This document shows, piece after piece, positions 7,692-16,032 of a stretch of DNA of 24,000 nt (position 1 is the first letter of the stretch; each line of letters begins with the position of its first letter). Source of the stretch: Candidatus Altimarinota bacterium (lineage in GTDB: Bacteria; Patescibacteriota; Gracilibacteria; CAIRYL01; GCA-016699755). A program made the translations under genes and the position numbers. The DNA is taken from positions 11,925-35,924 of the forward strand of contig JBGSOV010000010.1 in the NCBI GenBank assembly GCA_041738935.1, given 5' to 3'. The notes under the pieces were generated by a model. That model had not been told where the DNA came from and made no database searches. It saw only the letters and a list, made by a program, of their open reading frames with translations.

Positions 7692-7728
7692 CAATTTTTT
7701 TTTAAACTTTTTATATTTTTTGTATATT

Positions 7729-7774
7729 CTAGCCGGACGGGGTGTTCTGCTGCCTCCACTGCCATTAAGTTAAG
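7729..7774 (+). repeat. IS left terminal inverted repeat
   Basis: CTAGCCGGACGGGGTGTTCTGCTGCCTCCACTGCCATTAAGTTAAG. Confidence 0.85.
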
Positions 7775-7823
7775 AAAAAAACCTTTGCAGAAAGCCGAGC
7801 ATCAAGTATGGTTGGGCTGATTT

Positions 7824-9203
7824 TTGAATACAATTTATGTTCACATATCACTCGACAAGGAAAAAAAAGACCGGAAACAGATATGTCTGGAGATCATCCG
7901 GAGGATCAGGATCCTTCTTCTTGAGCCTCGATTCATCGAGAAACATAAGCGAAAGAAGCAGGATTTCACCAGAGCAAGAAAACTCTCTTTCGCGATCATC
8001 GTGATACTATTGCTTCAGAAAGGCATAAAATCGTTACAACTCAGAATAAACGAATACTTGGACAAAATCCATGATGGTGCCCTCTCTTCCCTCACCGGAA
8101 GCGCCTTCAGCCAGGCCAGGAAAAAACTTCACCACACCGTATTCCGGGAACTGAACAATCGATGCATCGTCCCGGTATTCTATGAAGGAACCTATAACGT
8201 ATGGGATGGCTTGCGGATATTGGCGGTAGACGGATCAAAAATCCGCCTCCCTCTTGAGACAGAGACAGAAAAAGAATTTGGAAGAAAGAGAAGCGCCAAC
8301 TCCGCCAATAAACCGTACTACTCTGAAGCCCTTGCTTCCGTCCTATATGATGTAGGAAACAGGATCGTCCTGGGTTCCTTTTTGGAGCCGATACAAGTGG
8401 GTGAAAGAGAGTTGGCGCGAAGACATCTGGATGTACTCGACAAGAATGAAGACTTGGTCATTTATGACCGGGGATATATGGGATATCTGTTGTTTGCTCT
8501 TCATATCCAGAGACAAATCCTGTTTCTCTGCCGATGCCAGAAGAGTTCTTATCTGGAAGTGCGGGAGCTCTTTGAGAAAGATTGCGCGGTATCGTCAAAG
8601 ACAATAACGATCACCCCCTCCAAAGAAGCCAGAAGAAACATGCAGCTGTGGGGAATAAAGGATAAAAAACTTAAGGAAAGCATCACCGTTCGTTTCGTGC
8701 GAGTCGTCTTAAAGACCGGAGAGATAGAAGTGCTTGCTACCACCCTACTCGATGAAGAGAAATATCCGAATGAGATATTTGCCGATCTCTACAATGAACG
8801 CTGGGGGGCGGAGACATACTACGACATCATCAAAAACCGATTAGAGTGCGAACACTTTTCCGGGAAGAGCGCAGAATCGGTACGACAGGATTTTTTCTCT
8901 ACCATCTTTCTGACGAACCTCGAATCTATTGTCAGTAAGAGACCGGAAGATGTCCTTGGGGGAAAAACAGGGAACCGGTATCCGCAGAAGGTCAATAAAA
9001 ACGTTTCCTTTAACGCTCTGAAGTATAAGGCATATGAGTTACTCGCGTCAGATGAAGACATTGAAACGACGCTAGAGAGATTGGAAAGACTTTTTCTCAT
9101 GAATCCGACTATTGTAAGAAAGGAAAGGGCTCCACCCAGAAAACAGATATCCGATTACGATCGGAACCGGTTCTTGAAACATTCCCGAAAACATTGTTTC
9201 TAA
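7824..9203 (+). CDS. DDE transposase, IS4 family-like
   Basis: The catalytic blocks are LRILAVDGSKIRLP (D), DLVIYDRGYMGY (D) and YNERWGAETYYDIIKNRLECEHFSGK (the Y-x2-R-x3-E-x6-K type E block). The N-terminal FTRARKLSF motif is common in this group. The only in-frame start is TTG 7824. Confidence 0.85.
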   Translation: MNTIYVHISLDKEKKDRKQICLEIIRRIRILLLEPRFIEKHKRKKQDFTRARKLSFAIIVILLLQKGIKSLQLRINEYLDKIHDGALSSLTGSAFSQARKKLHHTVFRELNNRCIVPVFYEGTYNVWDGLRILAVDGSKIRLPLETETEKEFGRKRSANSANKPYYSEALASVLYDVGNRIVLGSFLEPIQVGERELARRHLDVLDKNEDLVIYDRGYMGYLLFALHIQRQILFLCRCQKSSYLEVRELFEKDCAVSSKTITITPSKEARRNMQLWGIKDKKLKESITVRFVRVVLKTGEIEVLATTLLDEEKYPNEIFADLYNERWGAETYYDIIKNRLECEHFSGKSAESVRQDFFSTIFLTNLESIVSKRPEDVLGGKTGNRYPQKVNKNVSFNALKYKAYELLASDEDIETTLERLERLFLMNPTIVRKERAPPRKQISDYDRNRFLKHSRKHCF

Positions 9204-9214
9204 GCACTCAGATC

Positions 9215-9259
9215 CTTAACTTAATGGCAGTGAGGCAGCAGAACACCCCGTCCGACTAG
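9215..9259 (-). repeat. IS right terminal inverted repeat
   Basis: The reverse complement reads CTAGTCGGACGGGGTGTTCTGCTGCCTCACTGCCATTAAGTTAAG. Confidence 0.85.
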
Positions 9260-9377
9260 AAGTGTCCTCTTACACTCTTGAAGTAAGAAATTCCGGCAAC
9301 AATTGCCGACTTTGCAGTCTGATTCCTTGTTTATCCTGCCTTTTTTCCTATAACCTATCGTCGAATATTCCCTCCTC

Positions 9378-10157
9378 ATGAAGATCAAAAACCTCATCGA
9401 TTGGAAACTCTATTTTGTGCTTTGGGGCGCAAGTGTGTTTTCCATTCTCGCGATTCTCCCATATGTCACGACACTGCAAGCAGATGTCCTCCAAACGCTC
9501 ACGATTCCGCTGCCTTTGGCGCTTTTGGCTTCGGTACTACAAGGTGCGGTCTTGATTGCGATCGTCCTTTTGATCGGGTTGCCACTCTCTGAGCGTCTCG
9601 GGTTTGAAATACCGATTCTCAAAAACTTGCTCTCCAAGCAGAAGATCGAAGTCGATGTTGCGCGTATCGTGCAACGATCGATTCTTTTTGGCTTCGCATC
9701 AGGAATCGCCATAATCTTGCTTGATGTTTTGTTTCGCTCTCAAGGGGTCGATGTGATGAATCAGGTATCGGTTCCGGCTTGGCAAGGATTTTTGGCTTCC
9801 TTTTACGGCGGCATCAGCGAAGAAATTCTCCTGAGATTATTCTTTATGACTTTTGTCCTCTGGGTGATGAGTAAGATCATACGACCAGAAGGGAAGGTAA
9901 TCGAAAATAATCTTCTCATGTGGTCAGCGATTTTGCTTGCGGCGCTGCTATTTGGCATCGGGCATTTGCCCGTGACGGCTTCACTCACCGAAATTACCCC
10001 GCTGGTGATTGCGCGCGCACTGTTGCTCAATGGAATCGGAGGCGTTGTTTTTGGTTGGCTCTACTGGAAGAATGGTCTGGAATCAGCGATGATCGCTCAT
10101 TTCTCTGCTGATATTATTCTCCATGTCTTGTTGCCGCTCCTCCTGTTGACGATGTGA
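9378..10157 (+). CDS. CPBP-family intramembrane glutamic endopeptidase (CAAX protease/Abi, bacteriocin-immunity-like)
   Basis: Polytopic membrane protein carrying the three family motifs: GGISEEILLRLFF (EExxxR), LLFGIGHLP (FxxxH) and MIAHFSADIILH (HxxxD/N). Confidence 0.8.
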   Translation: MKIKNLIDWKLYFVLWGASVFSILAILPYVTTLQADVLQTLTIPLPLALLASVLQGAVLIAIVLLIGLPLSERLGFEIPILKNLLSKQKIEVDVARIVQRSILFGFASGIAIILLDVLFRSQGVDVMNQVSVPAWQGFLASFYGGISEEILLRLFFMTFVLWVMSKIIRPEGKVIENNLLMWSAILLAALLFGIGHLPVTASLTEITPLVIARALLLNGIGGVVFGWLYWKNGLESAMIAHFSADIILHVLLPLLLLTM

Positions 10158-10173
10158 ACGTCCAAGTACGGGC

Positions 10174-10190
10174 GCAGTTTTGCAAACTGC
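10174..10190 (+). terminator. Hairpin downstream of the CPBP gene (weak terminator candidate)
   Basis: GCAGTTT-TGC-AAACTGC forms a 7-bp stem, but the following T tract is poor (TTCTCTC). A second hairpin, AGCACTC-TGTAA-GAGTGCT at 10264-10282, lies just downstream of the convergent minus-strand gene. Confidence 0.3.
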
Positions 10191-10299
10191 TTCTCTCAAA
10201 AAAGCCTTCTGTTTTAATGAGCTTTGAGGTTTGTTTTGATTATTCTAATCCGGGACTATTGCAAGCACTCTGTAAGAGTGCTCGAGCATAAGGATGCTT

Positions 10300-11673
10300 T
10301 TAGAGAATTCTCATTGGGGAATCTTTTGTACGTACGACATGCGCTTTATTGACACGAAGGATGCTGGGGTCCTGCATCAGGTCCCAGATCTTATCGGCGG
10401 GAAAGTCAGGAACGATGAAGTCATTGATGTTTTTTCTAAAGAGAAACGATTCGATGGGCTTTACGGCTTTCGTATAGAGGTTGGGATTACCCTCCAAGTC
10501 CTTATCGATCAGGAGCTCGTTTTCATGGCCTTGATACCTAAAATCATACAAAACACCTTTCCAGAAGCCCCCGGGATCAGCGGTCTCTTTCTCCTGAAAG
10601 GTCTTACCCCCGTAATCACGCACCAGCTGCTCGATCCGTTTCCGTTCCACCTCTCTCTCTTCTGCGGGGAGGTCTTCCGGCAGATAGGTGGTGATCTGGA
10701 TGGACACACTCTTATCCATCTCTTCCGCTTCGGGATAGTGCAGGCGCCAGTGCGAAGTGTCGTAGCGCTGATACCAGGAGATGCGGCCATTACTCATGGC
10801 TTCCAGGATCTGGTTTTCTGAGGCAAATACAAAGTTGCCGAAGTAAAAAGAATTACTGGAAGTTATCAGTGATTCTTCCATGCTTTCCATCGCGGCAAAG
10901 CCGTACTGGTCCACCAGATCTGCCAGCTCGTTTTTCGTACACTGCAGCTCCGCGCACTTGATATAGATGGTGTAATATTCATTTTCGTCAGCAGGGACTG
11001 TTCTTATCGAGACTTCCGGGGGGATAGGAAAATTAAAAAGGGAGGGGTCATAATTTACGGCTTTATAGGTAATCAGTGCCCCATTGCGCGCTATTTCACT
11101 GACAATCATATAGTTTTCCGGGACAGGGGCATTCTTCAGCCCCCCCCGCTCTACTTGCGCAAACTTTTTTTCACAGCATTCATGGGTCCACAACTTGGGC
11201 AAAGACGGAAAAATCTCCTTTGTCACCGTGTCGTAGAATGTGCGGGTGATGATGACGATGTCTCTGATCGGTGCCGTTGTCGTGTTTCCGTTGGGGGTGA
11301 CCGGCGCTTGTACTGGCGGAAGGTCGATGGCAATCGGGTAATAATAATCGTAATAGCTATAGTAATCTGGATCTGAAAGTGGCTCCCGGATCTTCCTGGC
11401 TTCTTCCAGTGGCATTGCCGTGGTCTGGAGACTGGTCTGCGAAACGAGGTCAGGATGCGTGGGGATAAGGAGCGGCCCAGTGATGTACTCCACCTGCTCT
11501 GATGGCGCAGGAGTCGGTAGTCCTGCGAAATCAAAAAGCCGGGAGACGGAAGTAGGAAAGAAAGAGGGATACGCCTGATTCCCCCACAAGCCTGCGGCGA
11601 CCAAAACGATGCAGACGGCAAGCCCAATTAATGAGACTTTGGTGATGCGGCGAAGAGTGGAGAGTTTGGACAT
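10300..11673 (-). CDS. Hypothetical membrane-anchored, probably extracytoplasmic protein (orphan, 457 aa)
   Basis: Long uninterrupted ORF. An N-terminal basic stretch plus TM helix (RRITKVSLIGLAVCIVLVAAGLW) is followed by a Pro-rich linker and a Tyr-rich low-complexity patch (DPDYYSYYDYYYP). No domain I can name. Confidence 0.6.
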   Translation of the reverse strand: MSKLSTLRRITKVSLIGLAVCIVLVAAGLWGNQAYPSFFPTSVSRLFDFAGLPTPAPSEQVEYITGPLLIPTHPDLVSQTSLQTTAMPLEEARKIREPLSDPDYYSYYDYYYPIAIDLPPVQAPVTPNGNTTTAPIRDIVIITRTFYDTVTKEIFPSLPKLWTHECCEKKFAQVERGGLKNAPVPENYMIVSEIARNGALITYKAVNYDPSLFNFPIPPEVSIRTVPADENEYYTIYIKCAELQCTKNELADLVDQYGFAAMESMEESLITSSNSFYFGNFVFASENQILEAMSNGRISWYQRYDTSHWRLHYPEAEEMDKSVSIQITTYLPEDLPAEEREVERKRIEQLVRDYGGKTFQEKETADPGGFWKGVLYDFRYQGHENELLIDKDLEGNPNLYTKAVKPIESFLFRKNINDFIVPDFPADKIWDLMQDPSILRVNKAHVVRTKDSPMRIL

Positions 11674-11878
11674 ATGAAATTAAAAAGAATTGAGAATTGC
11701 AAACAGAATCTATTACCCGATCGATACTCCAAAAAGATTCTTGTCATCCCTGGCGCTAGAACATTCTACAAGTATACACCTCATCGTCCTGTTATGACAA
11801 AAAAAGCTATCCACTTTGATTCGGTTCGAATTCAGGTCGTCAAAAAAACTGCTCGAGCCGAGGTAGATATATTCAGTA

Positions 11879-13231
11879 TCAACTCTCCGACCATTCCAGC
11901 AACTTGTGCGGATCTTGGCGCCACTCGCCACTCCATTTTTCCATCACAAATTCGGCGGGGGATTGTTCACGGACAAAAACATATTCTTTGATCGGCCAGA
12001 GGAGGCGTGAATCATCGGCATTACCGCGTTTGTCGAGGTGATGCTCTTTGAGCGAAGTATTGGCGATTTCGAGCAACTCTTTGGCAAGTGTGAGCATTTT
12101 TCTACCATCCGGTAATTCTGCCGCGAGCGCGGATTTGTTCGCTACATCACGAACCTCACAATACTCGCTAAAAGAATATTTTTTTACCAAGTTCCGCGCA
12201 GCCGTCATCGAAGCCGAGGTTTGGGTAATGCCACGAATCAGCGCAGGGATTGCGGGCAACAAGTGCGGCGGCACGCAATCGATGCTGCGAAATTCGAGCC
12301 AGTTTTTCATCTTGAGTTCGGTCCAACAGGATTTCATGTGGGAGACAAAGTCTTTCAAACGGGCATGATGGCGCCCGTGACCTTTTTGGATAAATTCGGC
12401 GAATGTCTTTCCTTCCATTACAATCTGGTTGCCACTTCTTTCGATGGAAATCATCGGCAAGTCACAAACAAAGTCGACCCATTTTTCAAAATCAAATTCT
12501 TTCTTAAAAAACTCTTCCCGCACTCTTGTCCGCTCTGGTGCAAAGTTTTGTCCAACGCGCAGTCGATTTCCTAAAAAACCGGTAAATTTGCTACAGTTGA
12601 GTGGCGAATTTGCAAACATCGCTGAGATGATCGGGGCAACAGCAAACAAAGTCTGAAACTTTTGCATGGCATCATCTTCAGAATGATATCCAAAATTGAC
12701 ATGCACCGAGTTCGTCTTCTTCAGTTGTGCTTCGCCTTCTGGTCTTGCCTCAAAATACTTTTGTAATAATTTTCCGCGTGCTTTGGGCGCATAGGTGATT
12801 TCGTTGTTTTTTGCAAACGGCTGCCACCCCATCGATACCCAGCGAATACCGAATTCGCGTGAAATCGAATCGATCTCGCTACTGTAGCGTTCGTACTCGC
12901 GCACAAGATTAATGAGGCGGCGGCGCGGCTTGCTCGCGAGTTCGAGGCGACCGTCTGCTTCGGTAAAGATCGAACTTTCTCCTCGACTCAGTGCAAAAAT
13001 ATTTTCATTTTTATCATCGTCTGTGGCTTTCCAACCCGCTTCGAGCACCAATTTTTTTAGCAAAGCGTGATAGCCGCGCGTGCCGCCGTAGTTGACCGGT
13101 TTCAAATTTTCTTCATAGACCGCGCTGCGTTCGACTTCGATGCCGATTTTGAGATCATTGCGCGCGACTGCCGAACGGCGAAAGAATGCCACAAGATCGG
13201 ATTTCGCTTTGATAAGCTGGGTGTCTGACAT
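11879..13231 (-). CDS. Glutamate--cysteine ligase, plant/proteobacterial type (GshA group 3 / GSH1-like)
   Basis: Block-by-block resemblance to plant GSH1: IGIEVERSAV (cf. FGTEHEKFGF), DGRLELASKP, SMGWQPF, TNSVHVNFGY..DDAMQKF, FANSPLN..FTGFLGNRL, FDFEKWVDFVCDLPM, DFVSHMKSCWTELKMKNWLEFRSID and EKWSGEW. ATG 13231 (MSDTQLIKAK...) is preferred to 13309, whose extra 26 aa are hydrophobic and non-conserved. Confidence 0.75.
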   Translation of the reverse strand: MSDTQLIKAKSDLVAFFRRSAVARNDLKIGIEVERSAVYEENLKPVNYGGTRGYHALLKKLVLEAGWKATDDDKNENIFALSRGESSIFTEADGRLELASKPRRRLINLVREYERYSSEIDSISREFGIRWVSMGWQPFAKNNEITYAPKARGKLLQKYFEARPEGEAQLKKTNSVHVNFGYHSEDDAMQKFQTLFAVAPIISAMFANSPLNCSKFTGFLGNRLRVGQNFAPERTRVREEFFKKEFDFEKWVDFVCDLPMISIERSGNQIVMEGKTFAEFIQKGHGRHHARLKDFVSHMKSCWTELKMKNWLEFRSIDCVPPHLLPAIPALIRGITQTSASMTAARNLVKKYSFSEYCEVRDVANKSALAAELPDGRKMLTLAKELLEIANTSLKEHHLDKRGNADDSRLLWPIKEYVFVREQSPAEFVMEKWSGEWRQDPHKLLEWSES

Positions 13232-13336
13232 GAGGAGGAGAAAAACGAGGAAAGCTATTGTTCGGAGGCAGACCTTAACAGTCGCACCGCAAAATTGCAA
13301 CACTCGCACAAGTTATAACCTCCATCCTAAAAACCA

Positions 13337-15139
13337 TTAATCCTTTTTTTCCATGCGTTTGCGCTCTGTATCGTTGCGGTATTTTTTGCGCAGGCGGATA
13401 TTGAGCGGTGTCACTTCGACATATTCGTCGTTATCGATATATTCGAGGGCTTTTTCGAGGTTAATTTCGATTGGCGGTGTCAGGCTGATGGCATCGTCTT
13501 TGCCGCTCGCTCGCACATTACTCAGTTTTTTGCCTTTGAGCGGATTGACGGTCAAATCTGTTCCCTGATTGTGCTCGCCAATAATCATGCCTTCGTAGAC
13601 TTTGGTTTGTGGATGGATAAAAATCGGTCCACGATCTTGCAAGTTCCACAACGAATAGGCAACGGCTTCGCCATCGACGCCCGAAATCATCGAGCCAACT
13701 TGGCGTTTTTCGATCTTGCCCATATGCGGGACATAGTTTTCAAACGAGTGGTAAAACGTTCCTTCGCCTTTGGTCAAAATGATAAATACTCCGCGAAAAC
13801 CCAGCAGTCCGCGTGTTGGTACCATAAATTCTAAAAAAGTTGTGCCGCTTTCAGAACGCATGTTTTTCATTTCGCCTTTGCGTTTTCCAAGCGCTTCGAT
13901 TACGGCGCCTGCCATACTGTCGGGAACATTAATCACGACATTTTCGAGCGGCTCGCAAATTACTCCATCGATTTCGCGCACGACCACTTCGGGCTGCGAA
14001 ACCTGCAACTCAAAGCCTTCGCGGCGCATGCTTTCGATCAGTACCGCCAAGTGCATTTCGCCGCGACCATAGACTTTGAACGAATCCGAGTTGTTGCTAA
14101 ATTGCACTTGTAGTCCGACATTTGTTTCGAGCTCGCGCTCTAAGCGCTCACGAATATTACGTGACGTCACCAATTTGCCCTCTCGTCCTGCCAAAGGCGA
14201 ATCATTAACCATAAAATCCATCGCCAGCGCTGGCGGATCGACCGAAATCGCAGGAAGAGGCACGGCATCTTGATCAACAGTAATTGTCTCGCCGACATAA
14301 ATATCAGCGATTCCTGCAATCGCAACAATGTCACCGCAAGCAACTTCGTCGACTTCATTTCTTCTGAGACCAAAAAAACTAAACGGCTGCGAAACTTTGC
14401 CACGTCTGGTTTGTCCGTCGACAGTTTTGATAAAGACCTGAGCGCCTTTTTTCAATTTTCCGGAATGCACTCGTCCAACAGCGATTCTGCCTAAAAATGA
14501 ATCATACGATAATGTCGCTGGCTGAAATCGGAATGGTGATTCGTAATCAATTGGCGTTGGCGGAATCTTTTCCATCACCCAATCGAGCAGCGGCGTAATG
14601 TCTTTGTGTTCGTCTGTAAGTTCTCGAATCGCCACACCTTCACGTGCAATGGCATATATATATGGAAAATCCAGTTGCTCATCCGTCGCACCAAGCGAGA
14701 CAAAGAGGTCAAAAATCTCGTCAACGACTTCGTCAGGACGTGCCGAATCTTTGTCGATTTTGTTGATAACAACGAGAACCTTGAGCCCAAGCTGAAGTGA
14801 TTTTTGCAGCACAAACTTTGTCTGCGGCATTGGTCCTTCGTAGGCATCGACGACAAGAAGCGCGGCATCGACCATTCCCAAAACACGTTCAACTTCGCTG
14901 CCAAAGTCGGCATGTCCAGGCGTATCGATAATATTAATCTTGGTATCTTTATAATGGATTGCGGTATTTTTTGCATAGATGGTAATACCGCGCTCTTTTT
15001 CTTGGTCATTGCTGTCCATCACGCGCTCTTCCACGATTTCGTGCGCGGCAAAAGTGCCACTTCCCTTGAGGAGCGCATCAACAAGAGTTGTCTTGCCGTG
15101 GTCTACGTGAGCGATGATTGCAACATTTCTGATTTCCAT
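13337..15139 (-). CDS. typA: Translational GTPase TypA/BipA
   Basis: [24 protein letters not shown] (G1), [14 protein letters not shown] (G3) and VINKIDK (G4). The EF-G-like domains follow, and the C-terminus is BipA-specific ([35 protein letters not shown]). ATG 15139 is preferred to 15187. Confidence 0.9.
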   Translation of the reverse strand: MEIRNVAIIAHVDHGKTTLVDALLKGSGTFAAHEIVEERVMDSNDQEKERGITIYAKNTAIHYKDTKINIIDTPGHADFGSEVERVLGMVDAALLVVDAYEGPMPQTKFVLQKSLQLGLKVLVVINKIDKDSARPDEVVDEIFDLFVSLGATDEQLDFPYIYAIAREGVAIRELTDEHKDITPLLDWVMEKIPPTPIDYESPFRFQPATLSYDSFLGRIAVGRVHSGKLKKGAQVFIKTVDGQTRRGKVSQPFSFFGLRRNEVDEVACGDIVAIAGIADIYVGETITVDQDAVPLPAISVDPPALAMDFMVNDSPLAGREGKLVTSRNIRERLERELETNVGLQVQFSNNSDSFKVYGRGEMHLAVLIESMRREGFELQVSQPEVVVREIDGVICEPLENVVINVPDSMAGAVIEALGKRKGEMKNMRSESGTTFLEFMVPTRGLLGFRGVFIILTKGEGTFYHSFENYVPHMGKIEKRQVGSMISGVDGEAVAYSLWNLQDRGPIFIHPQTKVYEGMIIGEHNQGTDLTVNPLKGKKLSNVRASGKDDAISLTPPIEINLEKALEYIDNDEYVEVTPLNIRLRKKYRNDTERKRMEKKD

Positions 15140-15357
15140 AGTTTTTATAAACGAACGAGAGTGTAAAGGAAAACGCATAAAGAGCAAATGGAAAAAATTT
15201 TCTCTTTACAGAAAATTTCAAAGTGAGAAACTATCAACAGATGAAAATATTGCATTCCACTCTCGGCGTTTCCTTTCGACAGGAAATGATGATGCCCCTG
15301 ACCGGGAGTGTAATGTCGCATATCTAGTCGGTAAAAATCACCGATGTGCGATTATAA

Positions 15358-15384
15358 CTCCCGGACTATTTCGGGAGGTTTTTT
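15358..15384 (+). terminator. Intrinsic-terminator-like hairpin 17 nt upstream of the 15401 start codon (possible attenuator)
   Basis: CTCCCG-GACTATTT-CGGGAG followed by G + T6. CCGGGAG at 15302-15308 can instead pair with CTCCCGG at 15358-15364. Confidence 0.45.
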
Positions 15385-15400
15385 CTATTTTCTCAAAATC

Positions 15401-15901
15401 ATGACAAACGAAACTATTTCACAGGTATCAGACGCAACTCGCACCTCTATATCTCCAGAGCTTCAGCAAGAAATAGCTCAGTATTTGGGCTTTTTTCTGA
15501 CTTCAAGACATGGAGAGCTGGTGTCTGCTTTACAAAATCAGGTGTATTTCTCTGAATTCAGAGAAAAGACGGAATCTATTATTCAATTCATCGAAAGGAG
15601 TATTGAGGATTTATTGAGATTAAGCACAGGCACGATTGAAGAAACGCGGACGAGAACCATAAACAAGTTATATCTGACTTCGAACGGTGTAGGTTTTCAA
15701 AGTATTTTGAATAATCTTATTCCTCCACCATCTCAGGAACTGTCAGAAGCTCTCGCTGATCATCTGCATACCTTTGCATGTTTTATCAAACGCGCTCTTC
15801 GTGAGCTCGAATCAATTGATGAAACACATGATCTGGTGCAAGAAAGCAAAGCTCTTCGTGAGCAATTCACTAAAGAGACTGAAGAATGGCGGACAGAATA
15901 A
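15401..15901 (+). CDS. Hypothetical soluble, probably helical protein (166 aa)
   Basis: Clean ORF with no TM segment or signal peptide and no recognisable domain. ATG 15401 is preferred to 15344, because the terminator-like hairpin lies inside the longer version. Confidence 0.5.
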   Translation: MTNETISQVSDATRTSISPELQQEIAQYLGFFLTSRHGELVSALQNQVYFSEFREKTESIIQFIERSIEDLLRLSTGTIEETRTRTINKLYLTSNGVGFQSILNNLIPPPSQELSEALADHLHTFACFIKRALRELESIDETHDLVQESKALREQFTKETEEWRTE

Positions 15902-15931
15902 AATCTTGACTCATTATTAATCCCTACCGAC

Positions 15932-15980
15932 AAAAACACCACACGAAGCGAATCAGGGGCAACTTCCGGTGGTGTTTTTT
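15932..15980. terminator. Bidirectional terminator between convergent genes
   Basis: An A5 run, then ACACCAC ... GTGGTGT (7-bp outer stem, with inner GAAG/CTTC pairing), then T6. It lies between the 15401-15901 (+) and 16033-17061 (-) genes. Confidence 0.55.
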
Positions 15981-16032
15981 CGTCTTTCAATAGTTTCTCA
16001 GTGTTTCAATCTTTTCTCCTTTTTTCAGAATA

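Larger units (their letters stand above)
7727..9261 (+). mobile_element. Complete IS4-like insertion sequence (~1.53 kb)
   Basis: Terminal inverted repeats at 7729-7774 and 9215-9259 (44 of 46 positions match, with one indel), plus a shared TTCTAG at the tips. They enclose a single DDE transposase ORF. No direct target duplication is visible: left flank ...TGTATA, right flank GTGTCC.... Confidence 0.8.

Noticed and set aside
7808-7925. Alternative ATG (7808) plus the A8 run at ~7861-7868 as a programmed frameshift in the IS transposase
   Set aside because: Moving from the ATG frame to the transposase frame needs a +1 shift, not the usual -1. The upstream frame encodes only a short non-conserved peptide. 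A TTG start at 7824 is simpler. This cannot be settled without homologues.
10294-10821. 175-aa plus-strand ORF
   Set aside because: It is entirely antisense to the longer 457-aa ORF and has odd composition. It is a shadow ORF in a GC-richer segment.
11674-11991. 105-aa plus-strand ORF in the gap between the orphan gene and the GCS gene
   Set aside because: It overlaps the GCS 3' end, has no recognisable features and spans what should be the promoter of the 457-aa gene.
15262-15300. Fluoride (crcB-motif) riboswitch, because of ...AGGAAATGATGATGCCCC
   Set aside because: Only the UGAUGAUGCC-like segment resembles the motif. The 5' stem with the GAUGG pseudoknot partner is missing, and the downstream gene is not a fluoride transporter.
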